A DNA stretch of 62,685 bases, filler included, from Deltaproteobacteria bacterium (GTDB lineage: Bacteria; JAEEML01), in the NCBI GenBank assembly GCA_016283195.1. It is 6 parts of 6 records of this genome, joined end to end, with 100 filler letters (N's around TTAATTAATTAA, not from the genome) between each part and the next. Parts side by side here need not be neighbours in the genome. Positions count along the whole stretch, not along the records: positions 13,893 to 33,591 come from JAEEML010000030.1; positions 33,692 to 38,991 come from JAEEML010000031.1; positions 39,092 to 56,230 come from JAEEML010000032.1; 3 more parts are not named here. One strand, 5' to 3'. Positions within the stretch are counted from its first letter, which is position 1. Each line of letters opens with the position of its first letter. This document shows, one piece after another, positions 30,378 to 40,517 of the stretch. Made by a program: the position numbers and the translations under genes. The notes below the pieces were generated by a model. That model did not search any database. It saw nothing but the letters and a program-made list of their open reading frames with translations, and was not told the origin of the DNA.

Positions 30378-31217
30378 ATGACGAGGATTGATGAAAATAG
30401 ACCGGTACAGCAAGTATCTCAAGAGCGCAGCGCCAATAAGCCCAAGGGAGATGCCGCTAAGTTTAACAAAGCTATGGAATCCAAACAGCAACAACAGCAC
30501 TCCATGGTAAAAAACGACAGCAGCCCCAAGCAGCTTGCCCAACCGGAGCGCCATGCCAGCCCCTCAAGCATGATGAGTAAATCAGGCATTGCCAATCCCT
30601 TTGCCTCAAAACTGGCCGCCGCTAATAAACAATTTGATATGAAAAGTCAAAAGATGGCCACAAGTGATAAAACGGCCGATCTTGATACTCAGCGCACCAA
30701 TTTTGAAGATAGCAGCAATAAGCAGCTAAAGAGCCGCCTTGATAAGCAAGAGCGGGCCAGTGACACCTATTTTGCCGAGCATAACGGAGTGGGCGGCAAT
30801 GTCCAAGGGCAAGCTACTGCCGAACGAGCCAAAAACGAAGGCCTAAAGGATTTATCCGGCAATGCTGCAGGTGCTCAGGTTATGGGCAGCGGAGCCGCCG
30901 GCACCAAAGCAGCCGAAGGGCCGGCAGCAGCCCATACTGTAGAAATTCCCCAACAAGTGCTTGATAAATTGGTGGACAAAGTGCAATCCGGCGTCACTGC
31001 CGAAGGGCTCTCCACCTTCCAAATTGAGCTTAAAGATGATGTCCTCAAAGGGGCCAGCATCTCTGTTACGGCTAACGGCGGCAAAATCTCCGTTAAAGTC
31101 GATACTAAAGATGCTAATATCCGCCGTCTCTTCCAAGCTTCCGAAGGCCAATTGGCCAGAGCGTTCGATCATAAAGGTTTGTCCCTAGAATCTCTTGTAA
31201 TTTCACAACACCAGTGA
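30378..31217 (+). CDS. FliK/SctP-like length-control protein of a type III secretion-like cluster
   Basis: Low-complexity N-terminus and a C-terminal FliK-type domain (FQIELKDDVLKGASISVTANGGKISVKV...RRLF...LARAF...GL). AAGGAG RBS. Lies directly upstream of sctQ. Confidence 0.7.
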   Translation: MTRIDENRPVQQVSQERSANKPKGDAAKFNKAMESKQQQQHSMVKNDSSPKQLAQPERHASPSSMMSKSGIANPFASKLAAANKQFDMKSQKMATSDKTADLDTQRTNFEDSSNKQLKSRLDKQERASDTYFAEHNGVGGNVQGQATAERAKNEGLKDLSGNAAGAQVMGSGAAGTKAAEGPAAAHTVEIPQQVLDKLVDKVQSGVTAEGLSTFQIELKDDVLKGASISVTANGGKISVKVDTKDANIRRLFQASEGQLARAFDHKGLSLESLVISQHQ

Positions 31218-31305
31218 TAAACAAGTGCTGCATTACTGGCTGATTGCATAGTGCATAAGCTGTTCCGGCCGGTATTACCGGATACCTTGGCCATTTGGGT
31301 TTAAA

Positions 31306-32529
31306 ATGCAGCGTTATTGTTTTGAAAACATTCCAAAGATTTCCCGCATTCACGCCAACATTCTGGCCACTTATTCCAAATACCTTGATACTCGTCCGGC
31401 CAGGATGGTGGAAATTCGTCGCGCCTTCCAAAAAATGGCTATGTCATGCCTTAGAGTGCGGGTGGATATTGCCATCGACGGCTATCGTTTGGCTACAGCG
31501 CAGGAAATAAAATCCAGGTTACCTGCCTTCCCGGTGCTTCTGGATATCGGCCTACACCCAGCCGAGAAAAATGTCCTTGTGGAGCTGGATCCGCCGATTT
31601 GTATGGGCATTATCGATAATCTTCTTGGCGGCCACTCCAAACCGATGCGCATTCAGCGCTCTCTAACTGATGTAGAAGAGGGCGTTCTGTCCTTTTTTAT
31701 TTTGCAAACCATCGCCCTAGTGCAGGGAAATTGGGAAAACGGCAATAACCAAGCCATCAGGCTGGAGCGCTTTATTACTGGCGGCGAAGATATTTCGGCC
31801 CGCATTTCCGAAACCGAGAGCTACCTAGTAATGCTGGCCCGCATTTATTACGGCGATATTGTGGGTTATGTGCGCTTTTATATCCCCGCGGAAACTATTT
31901 CCGCCACTTTTGCCACTCCCTTACCACAGTCCGGTAGCGGTGACATAGAACGCATGAAACGGCTTTTAAACCGCGTTTCACCTTTGCCTGTAGAGCTGCG
32001 CGCTGCTTTTGCCACCATCAATTTAACAGCCGATGACATAGCCGCTTTGGAAGTGGGCGATATTGTCTTATTGGAAGAGAGCGACGTTTCTATTAAAGAC
32101 GGCCTCTCCGGCAGCGTTAAATTAAATGTTTGGCCAAACGGTAAAAGCACAATTTACACTAACTTTATTAACAATAACGGCTTATTTGATTTACAAATTC
32201 AAGATATCGCTGTTGTGGAGGAACCAATGTCAACAGATAGCGCCAGTGCCGAAGTACCTATTGAAGAAGGCCAGGCCCCCGAACAAGCAACAAGTCTCGG
32301 TGAAAACGAAGGTATGCTCACCGATGTAAATGCCCCCATAGTAGTGGAACTAGGGCGCATAAAAACCAATGCCGCCCAACTTATAAGAATGCGGCCCGGC
32401 CAGATTTTGCGCCTCTCCCGCGGCCCAGATGAGCCGGTTGACCTAGTAGTAAACAACCGCACCTTCGCCCGGGGCATTCTCATTGAAGTAGAAGGTGAAC
32501 TGGGAGTGCGCATCAGTGAAATGGCCTAA
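31306..32529 (+). CDS. sctQ: Type III secretion cytoplasmic-ring protein (SctQ; FliM/FliN-like SPOA domains)
   Basis: FliM-like middle (VELDP...IDNLLGG...RSLTDVEEGV); SPOA1 LEVGDIVLL; SPOA2 VELGR...GQILRL...PVDLVVN...ARGILIEVEGELGVRI. Confidence 0.85.
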   Translation: MQRYCFENIPKISRIHANILATYSKYLDTRPARMVEIRRAFQKMAMSCLRVRVDIAIDGYRLATAQEIKSRLPAFPVLLDIGLHPAEKNVLVELDPPICMGIIDNLLGGHSKPMRIQRSLTDVEEGVLSFFILQTIALVQGNWENGNNQAIRLERFITGGEDISARISETESYLVMLARIYYGDIVGYVRFYIPAETISATFATPLPQSGSGDIERMKRLLNRVSPLPVELRAAFATINLTADDIAALEVGDIVLLEESDVSIKDGLSGSVKLNVWPNGKSTIYTNFINNNGLFDLQIQDIAVVEEPMSTDSASAEVPIEEGQAPEQATSLGENEGMLTDVNAPIVVELGRIKTNAAQLIRMRPGQILRLSRGPDEPVDLVVNNRTFARGILIEVEGELGVRISEMA

Positions 32530-33025
32530 GCTTAGAGCCATAGTTGCCGCCTCATTTATGGCTTTTGCAACTCCGCTAGCCCATGCCGCAGAGGCTATGG
32601 CCCCCAGTGCCCTTGAGGGCTCTTCCTTTATCTATGCCGATACGCCGCCGCCCTCTGCTTACGACCTCCGCGACGGCAGTTCGCTTACACCGCAATTTGT
32701 CAGTGAAGATCACGCCTTTATAGCTCAGGGCATGAAATCGCTTTTAATGCTTTCGGCCGTTATTCTACTGGCCTATTTCTGCCTGAAAATTTTAAAGCGC
32801 TTTATGGATAAAAGCGGCTTTAGCAGCTCCGGCGATGAACTTAAAGTTTTAAAACGCGTGGCACTCGATTCTAAAAACAGCGTGCACATTGTGCAAGTAA
32901 ATAAGCGCTATTTTCTGGTTGGCACCTCAGAGCACACAATTTGTAATCTGGCCGAGCTCAATCAGGAAGATATTGTGCAAAAGCCTAAAAAAGACTTACC
33001 TACGGAGGTATCTCCCCATGGCTAA
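32516..33025 (+). CDS. fliO: FliO-like export-gate chaperone
   Basis: TM helix followed by LKVLKRVALDSKNSVHIVQVNKRYFLVGTSEHTICNLAEL (FliO cytoplasmic pattern). Lies between sctQ and sctR. Start uncertain (32516 or 32558). Confidence 0.75.
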   Translation: MKWPKLRAIVAASFMAFATPLAHAAEAMAPSALEGSSFIYADTPPPSAYDLRDGSSLTPQFVSEDHAFIAQGMKSLLMLSAVILLAYFCLKILKRFMDKSGFSSSGDELKVLKRVALDSKNSVHIVQVNKRYFLVGTSEHTICNLAELNQEDIVQKPKKDLPTEVSPHG

Positions 33026-33591
33026 CATTTGTTCCGGCATCTATGATATGCGGCACAAAGCGGCGAATCTGCTAAATTCCATTTTAAGCAGCAAAGCCTT
33101 TATTACCTTAATGGGCCTCTTAATCCTCGCCCATACAACTTACCTGGAAGCTGCCAAAAAAACGCTGGGCGCTGCAGCCGGTAGCGGCAGTGGCGGCGGC
33201 GGAGCCAATGTTTTCTCAAATATCATAAATGAGGAAACTTCGGTGGGCAGCCGGCCACTCATGCTCATGGGCGCTATGGCGGTACTGGCCCTCGTACCTT
33301 TTGTGCTCATCATGGTTACCTCCTTTGTGAAGATAGCCGTTGTGCTTTCCATTGTGCGCCAGGCCATCGGTACCCAGCAAATTCCGCCAACCCAGGTTAT
33401 TACCGGTCTTGCCACTATTCTAACTGTTTACATTATGTTGCCTGTGGGCATGGATATTTATAAAGATATCAAGCCCATTGTAAATAGCGGCGACGGCATC
33501 AGCGTGATGAGCGCGCAAACGGTAGATTTGCTCTTTCAGGCAGCCATGAAGGCCAAAGTACCAGCCAAAGCCTTTCTTTTAAAACATAGCC
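33018..33591 (+). CDS. sctR: Type III export apparatus protein SctR/FliP, 5' fragment (cut by the spacer)
   Basis: LALVPFVLIMVTSFVKIAVVLSIVRQAIGTQQIPPTQVITGLATILTVYIMLPV signature. GGAGG RBS before 33018. Confidence 0.93.
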
Positions 33592-33691
33592 NNNNNNNNN
33601 NNNNNNNNNNNNNNNNNNNNNNNNNNNNNNNNNNNTTAATTAATTAANNNNNNNNNNNNNNNNNNNNNNNNNNNNNNNNNNNNNNNNNNNN
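33592..33691. other. Artificial contig-joining spacer
   Basis: N-run + TTAATTAATTAA + N-run, 100 nt. Confidence 0.98.
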
Positions 33692-33832
33692 CTAATGAGT
33701 TTGGCTTTTCGGCTAAACCGGCAGGTTACTATCCAAGGAATTTATTTGATGAAGAAAACCCCAATAATTTAATAGACCCAAACGCAACAGCAACAGATAA
33801 AAATAAGAGAGCCGTTTTGCGCTCGAATACCA
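33692..33832 (+). repeat. 141-bp terminal direct repeat, copy 1 (identical to 38851-38991)
   Basis: ctaatgagtttggcttttcggctaaaccg...ttgcgctcgaatacca is read identically at both ends of the contig. Confidence 0.97.
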
Positions 33833-34734
33833 CTTCAGGAGGTGGTTATCGCTATATTTTGGATATTGCTCCCGACAGCGTAGAAGTAAAACCTGGTATT
33901 TCAGGCACCGATGATGAAATTGAAAATAGCACCCAGGCCAGATTGTCTGTGCGCTGCCTGCAAAATCTCTGCGGCAATGGTCGCCTCAATGCCTTGCAGG
34001 GCGAAACTTGCGATGATGGCAACAACGATAATGGCGATGGCTGTAATAAGGATTGCCAAGTAGAAAAGGGCTGGATATGCACGCAGAAGGCCGAGGAAAA
34101 GGCCACCTGCACCTGTGCGCAAAACCATTACGGCCAAAAATGCGCGCCATACGGCTCTGTTAGCGATTCTGCTGGCCATTCATATAAAACCGTGGTTATT
34201 GGCGAGCAAATCTGGATGGCGGAGAATATGGCCTACCAAGGTAATGATGTTACCTGCGGTACCAATAAAGAAGTCTATAATTTTGTTAAAAAATATGGTT
34301 GTCTCTATTCAGCGGCAGATGCCCAAACAGTTTGTTCAGCTCTTGGTGACGGCTGGCACTTACCAACGAAAGAAGAAGCTTTAAACTTTACGAGGTATAT
34401 ATTAGATGATTGCCACTCTTCTGAAGAAGCTTATGCTGCTTATTTGAAACTTATTACTAAAACCGGCTGGTACGACGATAATGGGGCCCCCATAACCGCC
34501 GGCACTGATGATTTGGGCTTTTCTGCCCTGCCGGCCGGACGTCTTAATAAAACCAATGAGGCTGACGAGGGTTCGTACGTAGATTTTAGCAAAAATGCCA
34601 GCTTTTGGACGGCTACCCAAGATAGTCATAATGCTACTGAGTATCTTTATATTACTGTTAATATGGTTCCCAATCTAACATCCGTTAATAATAATTCCCA
34701 GCTTTCCGTGCGCTGCGTAAAGAGCGCTGACTAA
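33692..34734 (+). CDS. 3' part of the multi-FISUMP lipoprotein (continues the 36537 ORF across the terminal repeat)
   Basis: The frame is open from the contig start. It holds the end of one FISUMP domain (LSVRCL), a CGNG...CDDGN...DGC Cys-rich repeat, then a full FISUMP domain ending LSVRCVK. Confidence 0.88.
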
Positions 34735-34986
34735 AGCGGCCGCCAAAGCACTCCAGCTTATTGAATCTTTGGCTCACCATAACCACCTTTTAGATAAAAC
34801 TTTTTTAGGCGAGAATGGAGGATCTCAGCAGGTAAAGGGCGATATTCCAGTATTGAAAGTGATGTGCCATCTGACTATATTGGGGCGTGCGCTTTAAAAA
34901 AAAGCAGCATGGCAAGTTAAGAAAGGTTAATTAAAACAGTGGTTTTTCCTATCGGAAGGATTAGAGATATTATTTGGGATATTGAT

Positions 34987-36528
34987 ATGCGCAATATATT
35001 ACTCAAAAAGGCGATTTTGGCTCTGGTAATTCTTATTACATCCCCGGCTTTGGCCCAGGAACAGGGTTCTTTTACCGATGAGCGCGACGGCACCACTTAC
35101 AAAACGGTGGAAATCGGCAAAGAGACTTGGATAGCCGAAAATCTAAAATATATCACCAGTGAAATCACTTGCGGCGTCGATACCAAGCATGGCGCCTCCA
35201 TGAAAAACCATGGCTGCCTATATAGTTTTACCGATGCGCAAAGAGTCTGCCCTATCGGCTGGCACCTCCCGACTAAAGTGGAATTTGACCGCCTCTTAAT
35301 CAATGTGGGCGAAGGGCGTGAAGGCTCCAATAATCTCCGGGATGTTAGCTGGCAAGCCGCCCCCAATGGCTCTGGTTTTTCCGCTAAAGCGGCCGGCAGT
35401 TACAGCTCCGGCAGCTATTTTGATTTTGGCTCCGGCGCCTATTTTTGGTCGGCCACCGAGTGCGATAATGAAGGCATTAACGCCTATGCCATGGTCCTGC
35501 GCGAAGAGAAAGTTTCATCTAAGAGCTGCCATAGCCAAATCACCGATGCCCTCGCGGTGCGCTGCGTTAAAGACAGCGGGAATACCCCCAAAGCCCATCT
35601 ATTTACCGATGAACGCGATGGCAGCACCTATAAAACGGTAAAAATCGCCGGGAAAACCTGGATGGCCGAAAATATCAAATATCTTGCTCCCGGCATTGAT
35701 TACAAAGCCGCAAGTAAGCCCGATGAATATGGCTATCTTTATAACTGGGAGGATGCCCAAAAAGTCTGCCCAAGTGGCTGGCACCTCCCCACCAAAATGG
35801 ATTTTGACCGCCTCCTCACCCATGTTGGTAAAGGGGTAAAGGGCGCTGATAATCTAAGGCATAAAAACTTTGAAAACGGTAAAAACCTCTCCGGCTTCGG
35901 CGCTCTCCCCGCCGGCAGCTGTGCCAAAGGCCGCTGCGCCTTTTTTGATACGGAGGCCTATTTCTGGTCCAGCACGGAGCGGGGTAAAAACCAGGCCTTT
36001 GGCCTTTATATTGACTTAGGCAAAACTGCAGTAAATAGCGGCAAAAAAGCCAGTTACTTATCTGTGCGCTGCATCCAAAATGGCGAGAATGAGGAAAAGG
36101 AGCTGGCAGCTATAGCCGCCATAAAAGCCCAAGAGACCAATAAACGCTATCTGGTGAGCTCTATTGCCGTTGGTGCAGCGGCCGGCGGCGCCGGCGTTAT
36201 CAGCGGCGCTATTCTCCTCTCGCTGGCCGCCTCTTATGCCAAGAAAACTCTGGATGGCCAAGATAAATTAGCCGGTATTCACCAGGGAAAAGCGGCCACC
36301 GGGCAGCTAATGACCCAGCGGGAAACAGCCGACCTGGCCCGCAAAGGTCAGGCTCTGGAAGTCTCCAGCTATGTGGCCTTTGGGGTAGCCGGCGCCGCTG
36401 TCGTCACTGCCGTAGCCTTGGGCATAAAGTATAATAAAGGCAAAAAAGTGATTAAAAATACGCAAGTTACCGTGGCCCCGGCCGTAAATGACCAAATGGC
36501 GCAAATAACCATCGGCGGCCGCTTTTAG
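34987..36528 (+). CDS. Secreted protein with two FISUMP domains and a Gly-rich/beta-signal C-terminal anchor
   Basis: Signal peptide (ALA-QE); two copies of FTDERDG-x-TYKTV-x-I...W-x-AEN...CP-x-GWHLPTK...AYFWS...VRC; C-terminus ...VAPAVNDQMAQITIGGRF. Confidence 0.87.
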   Translation: MRNILLKKAILALVILITSPALAQEQGSFTDERDGTTYKTVEIGKETWIAENLKYITSEITCGVDTKHGASMKNHGCLYSFTDAQRVCPIGWHLPTKVEFDRLLINVGEGREGSNNLRDVSWQAAPNGSGFSAKAAGSYSSGSYFDFGSGAYFWSATECDNEGINAYAMVLREEKVSSKSCHSQITDALAVRCVKDSGNTPKAHLFTDERDGSTYKTVKIAGKTWMAENIKYLAPGIDYKAASKPDEYGYLYNWEDAQKVCPSGWHLPTKMDFDRLLTHVGKGVKGADNLRHKNFENGKNLSGFGALPAGSCAKGRCAFFDTEAYFWSSTERGKNQAFGLYIDLGKTAVNSGKKASYLSVRCIQNGENEEKELAAIAAIKAQETNKRYLVSSIAVGAAAGGAGVISGAILLSLAASYAKKTLDGQDKLAGIHQGKAATGQLMTQRETADLARKGQALEVSSYVAFGVAGAAVVTAVALGIKYNKGKKVIKNTQVTVAPAVNDQMAQITIGGRF

Positions 36529-36536
36529 GATATAAG

Positions 36537-38991
36537 ATGAAAAGAGAAAATTTAGCACTCATTTTTACCCTTCTTCCCCTTTTAACTATTTATGGCTGCT
36601 TGACCTTTGCCGATGGCTCCGGAGCAGATGTCATATATCCTTGCGATGCCAATTCGGAATGCCTTGAGGGCTTTAAGTGCGTGGTTAGCGCTACTTCCGC
36701 TTTTACCCATGGTGAATGTGCTCCCCTTTGCGCCCAAACAAGCGAGTGTCCCAAGGGGCGCTCCTGCCTAGGTGGCGTCTGCCAGCTGGATGGCCAGAGC
36801 GATGATAATATCTGTTCAAATCCCCTGATGAGCGGCAAAAATTGCGACCAATGTAACATAGAAAAAGGCTATGGCCCGGATTGCACACCTTATGGCTCTT
36901 TGGAAGACTGGAGTAAGAATATTTATAAGACTATGGAGATTAACGGCGAAGAGTGGATGGCCGAGAATTACCGCTATAAAACGGGGAACCATTACGAATC
37001 CATCGGGGCGCCTAAAAATCACGGCTTACTTTATGATTGGGAGACAGCTACATCTATCAATTTCTGCCCCGATGGCTGGCGCTTACCGTTAAAGGAAGAC
37101 TTTGAAAAGCTCTTACAATATGTGGCCGAAAACAAAAAAAGCGAAAGCAACTTTTTGGCTCTTATAGCTGAATCCGGCTGGCAAGATGGCCAAAGCGACA
37201 TAATCGGCGCTAATGAGTTTGGCTTTTCCGCTCTCCCCATTGGCTATAGTGAGGACTGTACCCAATCCAATTGTTTCCATGGTAATGGTAGTGAGGCCTA
37301 CTTCTGGTCGGGAACTAAAGAGAGCGAAAGCACCGCCTTCTACTTGCACCTAAGTAGCACCGGCACTGCTACTCTCAGCCAGCACGATAGTTCCCACCTT
37401 CTGTCTGTGCGCTGCTTTAAGGCCCAAGCACAAAAATGTGGCGATAACGCTATCACCGGAGTTGAACAGTGTGATGATGGCAACACCGAATATGGCGATG
37501 GTTGTGATCCGCATTGCAACATAGAAAAAGGTTGCCATTATGATAATGAATCCCAAAAAATCAATTGTTGCGGCAATGGAAAAGTGGAACCTAAGCTGGG
37601 TGAAAAATGCGATGATGGCCGCACCGATACAGGTGATGGCTGTGATGCCCATTGCCAAGTAGAAGATGGCTGGAATTGCTCAGAAGTTAACTCTTCCTGC
37701 ACCTGTGCGGAAAACCATTACGGCCCAAAATGCGCGCCATACGGCTCCGCTGAAGATAAGAGCCAACATAAATACCAGACAGTAATTATTGGCCAAAAGG
37801 AATGGCTGGCCGAAAATATGGCTTTGACCGGTGGTAACATCAATTGCTATAATTTTGATTCGACAAATCAAGCGGAGCGCACATTCTTGGAGGTCAACTT
37901 TCCCGCCACTCACGGCTGCCTTTATAAGCAGGATGACGCCGCTTATGTCTGCCAACTCCTTGGGCCCGGCTGGCACTTACCAAGTGAGCAAGAGTTTAAT
38001 GAGCTTGTAACTTATGTAATTAGCCATAAGAAGAGTGCATCTGACTTTTTAGCCCTTATAGGCAAATCGGCTTCTTGGGCCGATATTAATGGGGATGATG
38101 AATTTGGCTTTAGCGCCCTACCCGCTGGCTATATTGATAACGCTCCAGAAGCACCTAGCTACTTAAAATTTGGCCAGGGGGCCTATTTCTGGTCAAATAC
38201 TAAGACGGCGGGCCAAGACTCCAATTATAACGCTCTTAATATCCTTCGCGCCGATAGTAATAGTGATAATGTCTCCATAAAATCTCATGATCCTGCATTA
38301 CAATTATCTGTGCGCTGCGTGAAAAATATCAATTGCGGCAACGGCATACTCGAAACAGAATTTGGTGAAGTTTGCGATAATGGGGCAAAAAATGGTACCT
38401 TAGAATCATTCTGTAATACCGAATGCCAGCTAAGAGAGGGCTGGCAATGCGCCGCAGGAACAGCTGATGGCACTTGTAAACCTATATGCCTTGGCGGTGA
38501 CAACTACTACGGCCCATACTGTTTAAAATACGGGCAAGCAGTAGCATACGATGATTCTTATAAAACAGTAATTATTGGCCAGCAGGAATGGATTACCGAG
38601 AATTATCATGACTTTTACGCAAGATGCATCAACGTTCAAGATGACTACTATTATATAATAGATGACGCCCAAATTCTGTGCAGCGATTTTAATCGAAATG
38701 GTAACGGTAGTATTTGGCGCTTACCAGAAAAAAAAGATTTTGACGATCTTATAACTTATGTAAATGGGCATAAGACGAGTGGTAGTGTCTTCTTGGCCCT
38801 TATAGCTGAATCCGGCTGGCAAGATGCCCAAGGCGAAGCCATTATCGGCGCTAATGAGTTTGGCTTTTCGGCTAAACCGGCAGGTTACTATCCAAGGAAT
38901 TTATTTGATGAAGAAAACCCCAATAATTTAATAGACCCAAACGCAACAGCAACAGATAAAAATAAGAGAGCCGTTTTGCGCTCGAATACCA
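36537..38991 (+). CDS. Multi-FISUMP lipoprotein with myxobacterial cysteine-rich repeats, 5' part
   Basis: Lipobox IYGC; Cys-rich N-domain; FISUMP domains separated by CGDN/CGNG...E-x-CDDG...DGC repeats. Open to the contig end. Confidence 0.88.
38851..38991 (+). repeat. 141-bp terminal direct repeat, copy 2
   Basis: Identical to 33692-33832. Confidence 0.97.
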
Positions 38992-39091
38992 NNNNNNNNN
39001 NNNNNNNNNNNNNNNNNNNNNNNNNNNNNNNNNNNTTAATTAATTAANNNNNNNNNNNNNNNNNNNNNNNNNNNNNNNNNNNNNNNNNNNN
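38992..39091. other. Artificial contig-joining spacer
   Basis: N-run + TTAATTAATTAA + N-run, 100 nt. Confidence 0.98.
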
Positions 39092-39324
39092 AAGATTACA
39101 AGCTCCTGCAACCCAATATGGTCTTTAAAATGGCCACCAACGATTACATGGGCGCCGGCGGTTCCGGTTTCGATATGCTGGAGCGCAATACCACCAGGCT
39201 CGATACTTCGGTTTCGCTGCGCGATGCCTTTGTGGAATTTTTGCAAGAAAAATGGGATATCGATCCCAAAGAATATACATCCGGCCTCGGCGGCACCATA
39301 AAACGCATTCAAATGCAAAACTAA
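39092..39324 (+). CDS. 5'-nucleotidase/metallophosphoesterase family protein, extreme 3' fragment
   Basis: FKMATNDYMGAGGSGF...SLRDAFVEFL matches the Y-x-x-A-T-N-D-Y/F...GG-x-G-F/Y motif of the 5'-nucleotidase C-domain. Confidence 0.75.
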
Positions 39325-39339
39325 CACTAGAGGAAGGCC

Positions 39340-40506
39340 ATGAATTACAAGTACTTAGCTCTAGCATTTATAGCTTTTTCGGCTTTTGGCTGCGGCCCTT
39401 GGAATAAAGCGCCAACCAATGAAGGCCTAGCCTATTTTGAAGTAACTTTCACCGACGGCACCAATATCGGCACTATTGATAATCCTGTAGAAAAAGCCGA
39501 TATTTATACTTTCTATGTGAATATAGCCGCCATGGATTACAACAAAGAGCTCATGAGCGATTACAACGGCAAAGTGGAAATAAAACCCCTGGCCGCCACT
39601 TTGGAGAGTTATTCGCGCGTCACTTTGACAAACGGCCGCTATGATAATCTGGAAGTAAAATTGCGCTATGCGGCCGATGAAGAGGTTATTTCGGTACATG
39701 AAGTTGAGGAGGTGCAGGAAGAGTTTAGCACGAGCTACCGCCCCACCGGCAAAGTCGGCGTGAGCCCGACAATTTACCTGCCTCATATCAGCATTCAGCA
39801 AATACAGGGCACGCACAATAATAATGCCTCTAACGGCTTTTTGAGCCGTTTTGACCGCCGCAACCTCACCATCGGCCAATGGATGGTGGTAACAGCCGTT
39901 TTGGAAGGCGGCTTTTATGTGCATCAGCTGGGGGCCGAAGAATTTGGCGGTATGTATGTTTATTCCCACTCCACCCCCTTTGTTGATGATGGCAACGATA
40001 TTAAAGCGCTGGAAGTCGGTACTATTTTGGAAGAGCTCAATGCCTCAGTGCAGGAATTTTTCGGCTTTACCGAAATGAGTTTCCCAACTTATACACTAGC
40101 CCGCACACCTGAAGGGCGGCCACTGATAGATGAAAGCCGTATTCCAGAGATTAAAGACATTACACAGTTTGTAATTAGCGGAAATAATGTTGAAATTGAA
40201 AAATACGAAGCTGAACTGGTAAAAATAGACAGCGGCATAGATGGCCGCACCGATATTGACATCGTCATAGATGATTTTGATGAGCATGAGCAAAGCTATA
40301 TTGATTACAGCCAATACCCGCTTATGGTTAATGGCAACCCGATTATGACTTCTACCCTTTCCACCGCGCCGACTTTTAATCCTGTGGCCAATAAAGGCCA
40401 AAAGGTAAAAAGCCTGACCGGTATATTGAAGCAGCATCGCGCTTCCCGTCCGTCCACTTGGATTATTGTTCCCCGCGATATTAAAGACATTGAACTGGCT
40501 AAATAA
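39340..40506 (+). CDS. Lipoprotein with YhcR/ExeM-like OB-fold segments
   Basis: Lipobox AFGC; SIQQIQG...VVTAV...GFYV...GMYVY...VG...VQEFFGFTE, EKYEAELVKI, and terminal TGIL...WIIVPRDIKDI. Confidence 0.6.
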   Translation: MNYKYLALAFIAFSAFGCGPWNKAPTNEGLAYFEVTFTDGTNIGTIDNPVEKADIYTFYVNIAAMDYNKELMSDYNGKVEIKPLAATLESYSRVTLTNGRYDNLEVKLRYAADEEVISVHEVEEVQEEFSTSYRPTGKVGVSPTIYLPHISIQQIQGTHNNNASNGFLSRFDRRNLTIGQWMVVTAVLEGGFYVHQLGAEEFGGMYVYSHSTPFVDDGNDIKALEVGTILEELNASVQEFFGFTEMSFPTYTLARTPEGRPLIDESRIPEIKDITQFVISGNNVEIEKYEAELVKIDSGIDGRTDIDIVIDDFDEHEQSYIDYSQYPLMVNGNPIMTSTLSTAPTFNPVANKGQKVKSLTGILKQHRASRPSTWIIVPRDIKDIELAK

Positions 40507-40517
40507 TGGAGGTTCTG

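Noticed and set aside
34735-34986. Short open frames in the loop's intergenic region
   Set aside because: No start codon with RBS and no recognisable homology; treated as non-coding.
33692-38991. Diversity-generating retroelement acting on FISUMP domains
   Set aside because: No reverse transcriptase or non-coding template repeat in the window. Differences between paralogous domains are not adenine-specific. A DGR elsewhere in the genome cannot be excluded.
33692-38991. Small plasmid or phage
   Set aside because: The loop has no replication, mobilisation, capsid or recombinase gene; its coding capacity is filled by two surface-protein genes.
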